A stretch of 64,000 nucleotides of DNA from Mobula hypostoma (Eukaryota), in contig NC_086109.1 of the NCBI RefSeq assembly GCF_963921235.1, positions 12,772,001-12,836,000 on the forward strand, written 5' to 3'. The notes under the pieces are model-generated. The model saw only the letters and a program-made list of their open reading frames with translations. It searched no databases and had not been told where the DNA came from. Below are positions 59,258-64,000 of this stretch, one piece after another. Positions within the stretch are counted from its first letter, which is position 1. Each line of letters opens with the position of its first letter. Both the position numbers and the translations under genes were made by a program.

Positions 59258-59533
59258 ACACAAAATAATCTGCAGATGCTGTGATCAAAGCAACACTTAC
59301 AGTACGCTGGATGAACTCAGCACGTCGGGCAGCATCAGTGGAAACGATGAGTCGACGTTTCGGGCCGGGACCCTTGGTCAGGACTGAAGAATGAAGGAGG
59401 TGGAAGGATTTGAAGAATGCTTGTAGGTTCAGTTGAAAGACCAGTAATTTGAAAGACAAAGTGAGGGGGAGGGGAAGGGGAAGCATCCTCGAAGCAACCC
59501 CTCCCCGACCCCTTTGTCTTTCAAATTACTGGT
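59258..59533 (-). mobile_element. PLE 3' insertion with hammerhead (59350-59385, core G8 to C) and terminal inversion
   Basis: AGUC-CUGACCA-A-GGGU(CCCG)GCCC-GAAA-CGUC-GACU; same subfamily as 49314-49468; 22-bp inverted repeat at 59440-61 / 59512-33. Confidence 0.65.
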
Positions 59534-62375
59534 TTGTCCAAATGGAGAGGTTCTGTGCTTTTACACTTTGACTCCATGACTCTAGCTTGGAACAAGTGAA
59601 GAACATTACAGACGTTCATAATACTAGTTTAAGTTAACTGTGCACTTATATTCCAAATTGTATAGTTCTGACTCTATTAATGATAATATTGCAATTAATA
59701 ATGTTTTCGATCAATTAAATATTCTTAATCTTTCGATAAATGATCGTAGGCAATTGGATCAAGCTATTTCCCAGGAGGACATTGCCCAGGCTATTCGAGA
59801 ATTGCATTCTGGGAAACCGCCAGGACTCGACAGATTCTCTGGAGAGTTTTATTAGGCTTTTTCCTCCTTGCTTATACCACATTTATGTTCTACCCTTACA
59901 GATTCCTTTAAGGTAGGAAGGTTACCGCAGTCTTTTTACAAAGCTTCCCTTTCGCTTATTCTTAAAAAGAATAAGAATCTTACTGACAGTTCTTCATATA
60001 GACCTATCTCTTTACTCAATTTTGATACTAAAATTTTATCTAAAGTGTTGGCTCGCAGGCTTGAAAATATTATATCTTCTACAGTTTCAGATGATCAGAC
60101 AGGATTTATTAAAAATCAATATTCCCATTTTAATATACACCATTTGTTAAATGTTATGCATTCTCCAACTAAGGAAATATCGGAATGCGTGTTGTCCCTG
60201 GAGGTGGAGAAGGCCTTTGACAGAGTTGAATGGAATTATCTTTTTACATCATTAGAAAAATTTAATTTTGGACCTAATTTTATTCGTTGGATTAAATTAC
60301 TTTATTTATTTCCCTCCGCTTGGGTTTTTACTTATCTTCAGAATTCTAAACCCTTTAAACTCCAACGTGGGACTAAACAAGGTTGTCCTTTGAGCCCTCT
60401 GCTTTTTGATTTGGTATTAGAACCCTCAGCAATTGCTTTTCGAGAGTCTAAAGAGATTACTGGTATTTTAAGGAGAGGTACTATTCATAAAGTGTCGCTT
60501 TATGCTGATGAATTATTGCTTTTTATATCATGTTACAACCTCTTTACCATCTGTGTTCCGTTTACTGACTAATTTTAGTCAGTTCTCAGGATTTAAATTA
60601 AATTTACATAAGAGTGAACTATTTCCTTTAAACAATTTAATACTAACTGATATTAACCTTGCTTTTAAAATTTTAAGAAAACAATTTACGTATTTAGGAA
60701 TAACAATTATTAAGAATTATAAGGATTTGTTTAAGGAAATTTTTTTAACTTTAATGAATTATGTTAAAAAAGCACTTTCTAATTGGTCATCTCTCTCTTT
60801 ATCAGTGATTGGCCGAATTAATTCTATTAAACTGAATATCTTACCTAAATTTATATACCTTTTTCAAGCTGTGCCTGTTTTTATTCCTAAATCTTTTCTG
60901 ACTCTTTGGATTCAATTCTTTCTTCTTAATTGTTAATTCTTAATATACGAAACATTACGTTCTGGATATATTACATTAACCATGAGAATTGTCCTATATG
61001 GGTCTCTTTGGAAGTCAACTCTGTTATGGAAGTTTCCATTATTTCTTTACTCGGATCCTCGCTTCCTTTATCTTTAGATAAACTAACTGACAATGTGGTG
61101 GTCAAACATACTTTGAGGATTTGGTTACAGTTTAGGAAACATTTTGGTTTATTGAGATTCTCTCTCTCGAGTCCATTCTCTTCTAATTGTTTTTTCAAAC
61201 CATCTATAATTGACTTATCTTTTAAAGAATGCGATAGATTGGGTATTAAACGATTTCAGGATTTGTTTGATGCAGGGAATCTCTCTTCTTTTGTACAACT
61301 TTCAACAAAATTTAACCTTTCCAACACCCACGTTTTTCGATACTTACAGATGATTTTTTAAGATCTCAATTACATTCATTTCCTGCAAGTCCAGATGAGA
61401 ATATAATAGATACAATTTTTAATTTGATACCCTTTGACAACAGTTCAATATCTTACATTTATGGTCTGCTATTGGGACTGAGAAAGGTTTCTTTAGATAA
61501 AATTAAAGGAGACTGGGAAAAGGATTTATAGATTTTTATATCTGAAGAGAGCTGGAAGATTATTTTAAAATTGATTAATTCTTCATCATTATGTGCTCGT
61601 CATTCTTTATTACAATTTAAAGTGGTACATAGAGTTCATATGTCTAAAGACAAGCTCTCTTGTTTCTACGCAGATATTTCCCCTTACTGTGATAGATGTA
61701 CTAATGGAGTGGCCACACTAATTCATTTGTTTCTGAGCCTAAAAAATTCTGGCAAGCTGTATTTCAAACTTGTTCTGCACATTTCAATGTCAGCTTTAAG
61801 CCCAATCCTTTGACTGCCATGATTGGTATTGTTGTGGATAGTGCTACAAAACTGAAGCCATCTAATTTGTGGGTATTGGCCTTTATGTCTCTTATGGCCA
61901 GGAGTTTGATCTTGCTCAAGTGGAAAGAGGCTGCCCTGCCCACTCATGCTGAATGGCTATCTGATGTTATGTTATGCCTTGATCTAGAGAAGATTCATTG
62001 TTTGATTTCTGATTCTAAACATGATTTTCTAATGTAATGGGGGCCCTTTCTGAGTTATTTTCATAATCTCTGAACTGCTATTAAAGTATTGATCTGAGCC
62101 ATTATTATTATAATATTATATGGTAAGGTCTTTTTTTTACCAACCAGTTCATTTTGGTAGTGGGGATAGATTTTTTTAATGAAATAAAATAAAACAATTT
62201 TATTGAATTTCATAATTCAATCTCTTTTTCTACATGATTGCTTTGGAATATGGATACTGTGATCATATTACTGTGATTTAAATGTAATGTAATTTGTGTT
62301 ACTTAATTGTATCCTTATGAATTTTGTATTTGTATTCATGCAATTTAAATAATATTAATAAAAATATTGAAAGGT
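59534..62375 (+). mobile_element. 5'-truncated, decayed L1-clade LINE (ORF2 RT region and 3' UTR)
   Basis: GKPPGLD, YRPISLLNFDTKILSK, DQTGFIK, EKAFDRVEW, RGTKQGCPLSPLLF, LYAD, YLGITI; several stops and frameshifts; AATAAAAA near 62357. Confidence 0.9.
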
Positions 62376-62459
62376 TCAAAAAAAAATCCCCTGCACTGGT
62401 GAAAACATACAGGGGGTGGGGTTGGGAACTATTCCACGCACATCCAAAATAACACTCAA

Positions 62460-62905
62460 TATACCCTCAGCAGGAGTACTTGATAAAGTGGCCACTGACT
62501 TTATGTTCGTCGTCTTCAAATGCTGCAGCCCATCCACTTCAATGTTGAATGTATTATGCATTCAGAGATGTTCTTCTGCACACCACTGTTGTAACGCATG
62601 CTTATTTGAGATACTGTCACCTTACTGTCAACCTGAACCAGTCTGACCATTCTCCTCTAACCTCTCTCGATAACAAGGCGTTTTCACCCACAGAGCCGCC
62701 ACTCCAAGATGTTTTTTTCATTTGTTTTTTGCATATATCTCTGTAACTTTAGAAACTGTAATGTGTGCTAAGCCCAGGAGATCACCTGTTTCTGAGATAC
62801 TCAAACTACCCTATCTGGCAACTAAAATCATTCTGCAGCCAAAGTCATTTACATTACATTTCTTGCCAATTCTGATATTTGTTCAGAACAACAACTGAAC
62901 CTTTT
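62460..62905 (-). mobile_element. Tc1/mariner remnant
   Basis: Same family as 45075-45630 (taaagtggccactga...; cccaggagatcacctgtttctgagatactcaaa). Confidence 0.6.
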
Positions 62906-63199
62906 GATCATGTCTTTTCTTTTCCTCAGTTAACTTTTTGCCATGAACCCTTTCCTCGATGACTTATCACAGCTGACATTTTAACTCAGGCAAGAAAAAA
63001 AGCTTCTGGAGGAACTTAGGGAGTCAGACAGCATCTGCAGATGCAGAGTGGTCAACATTTTGGATTAAGCCCCTGCTTCATGACACCTCCAGCAATTTAT
63101 TTTTGTGCCAGATTATAATATCTGCTGTTGCTAGTGCCTCACAATTTGATTTTTCTCATCATTTTTATCAGTCATTGGGAATTATCTTTTATTTTAGTA

Positions 63200-63535
63200 A
63201 ATATAATTATGAGCTTTTGATAATCTGGGTTGTTTTCTCAACCAACCTACTTTTTACATCCTCCTGGGTGACTGCCTCCTTCCCTTTCTCCAATGGTCCA
63301 CTTTCCTCTCCCATGAGATTCCTTTCTATCCAGCCCTATACCTTACCCACCCACTTGGCTTTACTGATCACCTCCCAGCTAGCTTGCATCCCCTTAACCC
63401 ACCTTTTTATTCTAGTGTCTTCCCCCTTCCTTTTCAGTCCTGATAAATGGTCTCGATCCGAAACATCGACTGCATGTTCATTTACATAGATGCTGCCTGA
63501 CCTGCTGAGTTCCTCCAGAACTTTCTGCGTGTTGC
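63200..63535 (+). mobile_element. PLE 3' fragment with a degenerate hammerhead, just upstream of the gene D promoter
   Basis: CT-rich UTR, then cagtc-ctgataa...-gaaacatc-gactg (63435-72; core mutated), then gacctgctgagttcctccag. Confidence 0.6.
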
Positions 63536-63572
63536 TTTTCATATGATCACACGTCAGCCTAAACTGGCTCAC

Positions 63573-63610
63573 TGTGGTTTCTGATCGGACTTCCTGCCCT
63601 CTTCTTCCTT
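63573..63610. promoter_or_regulatory. RUNX plus ETS composite upstream of the gene D leader
   Basis: TGTGGTTT 63573-80, GACTTCCTG 63588-96, TTCCTT 63605-10. Confidence 0.5.
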
Positions 63611-63669
63611 ATTTTCATTTGACAGTAATTTCTCTCTGTGAAGTGCTGACAGGCCTCGTGAATAAATCA

Positions 63670-63706
63670 ATGTGGAGTTCAATTCTTCTAATTACTTTCC
63701 TACCTG
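63670..63706 (+). CDS. Gene D: leader exon MWSSILLITFLP (rest of the gene beyond the window)
   Basis: 12 codons + G, donor GTGAGT; intron start (tagacactaaatatgtcagaatctggag) is paralogous to genes B and C. Confidence 0.85.
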
Positions 63707-64000
63707 GTGAGTGACAACCAGCATTGGACATTTTTATGATCAGTGTTCATTTGCAGGGTCTTACATCGTATCCAGAACAGTGCTTGAATATGTGTAGACA
63801 CTAAATATGTCAGAATCTGGAGTTCCGAGAAAGCTGGAGGAACTCAGCAGGCCAAGCAGCGTCTGTCAGGGGGAAGGTAATTGTCGACGGTTTGGCTTGA
63901 GACCCTGCATTGAATCTGAGTGGAAAGGGAAGATGGTGTAAATAGGAGGGAGGATATTGTGAAATAGGATTAATTACCTGGATAACACCCCAGAGTTCTG

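Overview
This is eukaryotic (vertebrate) DNA. The repeat repertoire (CR1, Rex1/Babar, RTE, L1, V-SINE, Penelope-like, Tc1) and the Ig-exon sequences point to a cartilaginous fish, probably a ray; this is inference. The window holds part of a tandem, all-plus-strand cluster of spliced CD300/pIgR-like immunoglobulin-superfamily receptor genes (MDIR/CMRF35-like type), which I assembled by hand from GT/AG sites and exon phases. Gene A (5' end outside the window): C2-type Ig exon 1003-1323, stalk 8558-8636, uncharged TM 9328-9419, cytoplasmic exons 12312-12358 and 14371-14577 with three tyrosine motifs; inhibitory type. Gene B: intact leader 25716-25755 followed only by two broken half-V exons; pseudogene. 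Gene C: leader 43167-43206, V1 44551-44872 (one extra A), C2 45678-45998, V2 49738-50058, stalk 52983-53019, TM with Lys and Arg 56379-56469, short tail; activating type. Gene D: leader 63670-63706, rest beyond the window. Most other sequence is transposon-derived or locally duplicated. Highlights: a young CR1 with an intact 999-codon ORF2 that has no usable AUG and a U_UUA_AAC slippery site in a 16-nt ORF1/ORF2 overlap; several Penelope-like insertions carrying minimal hammerhead-ribozyme motifs; a 2.6-kb solo LTR filled with tandem repeats; a full-length decayed RTE; a 1854-bp tandem duplication. Most ORFs in the supplied track are spurious or are TE fragments. All gene models are predictions with no transcript support.
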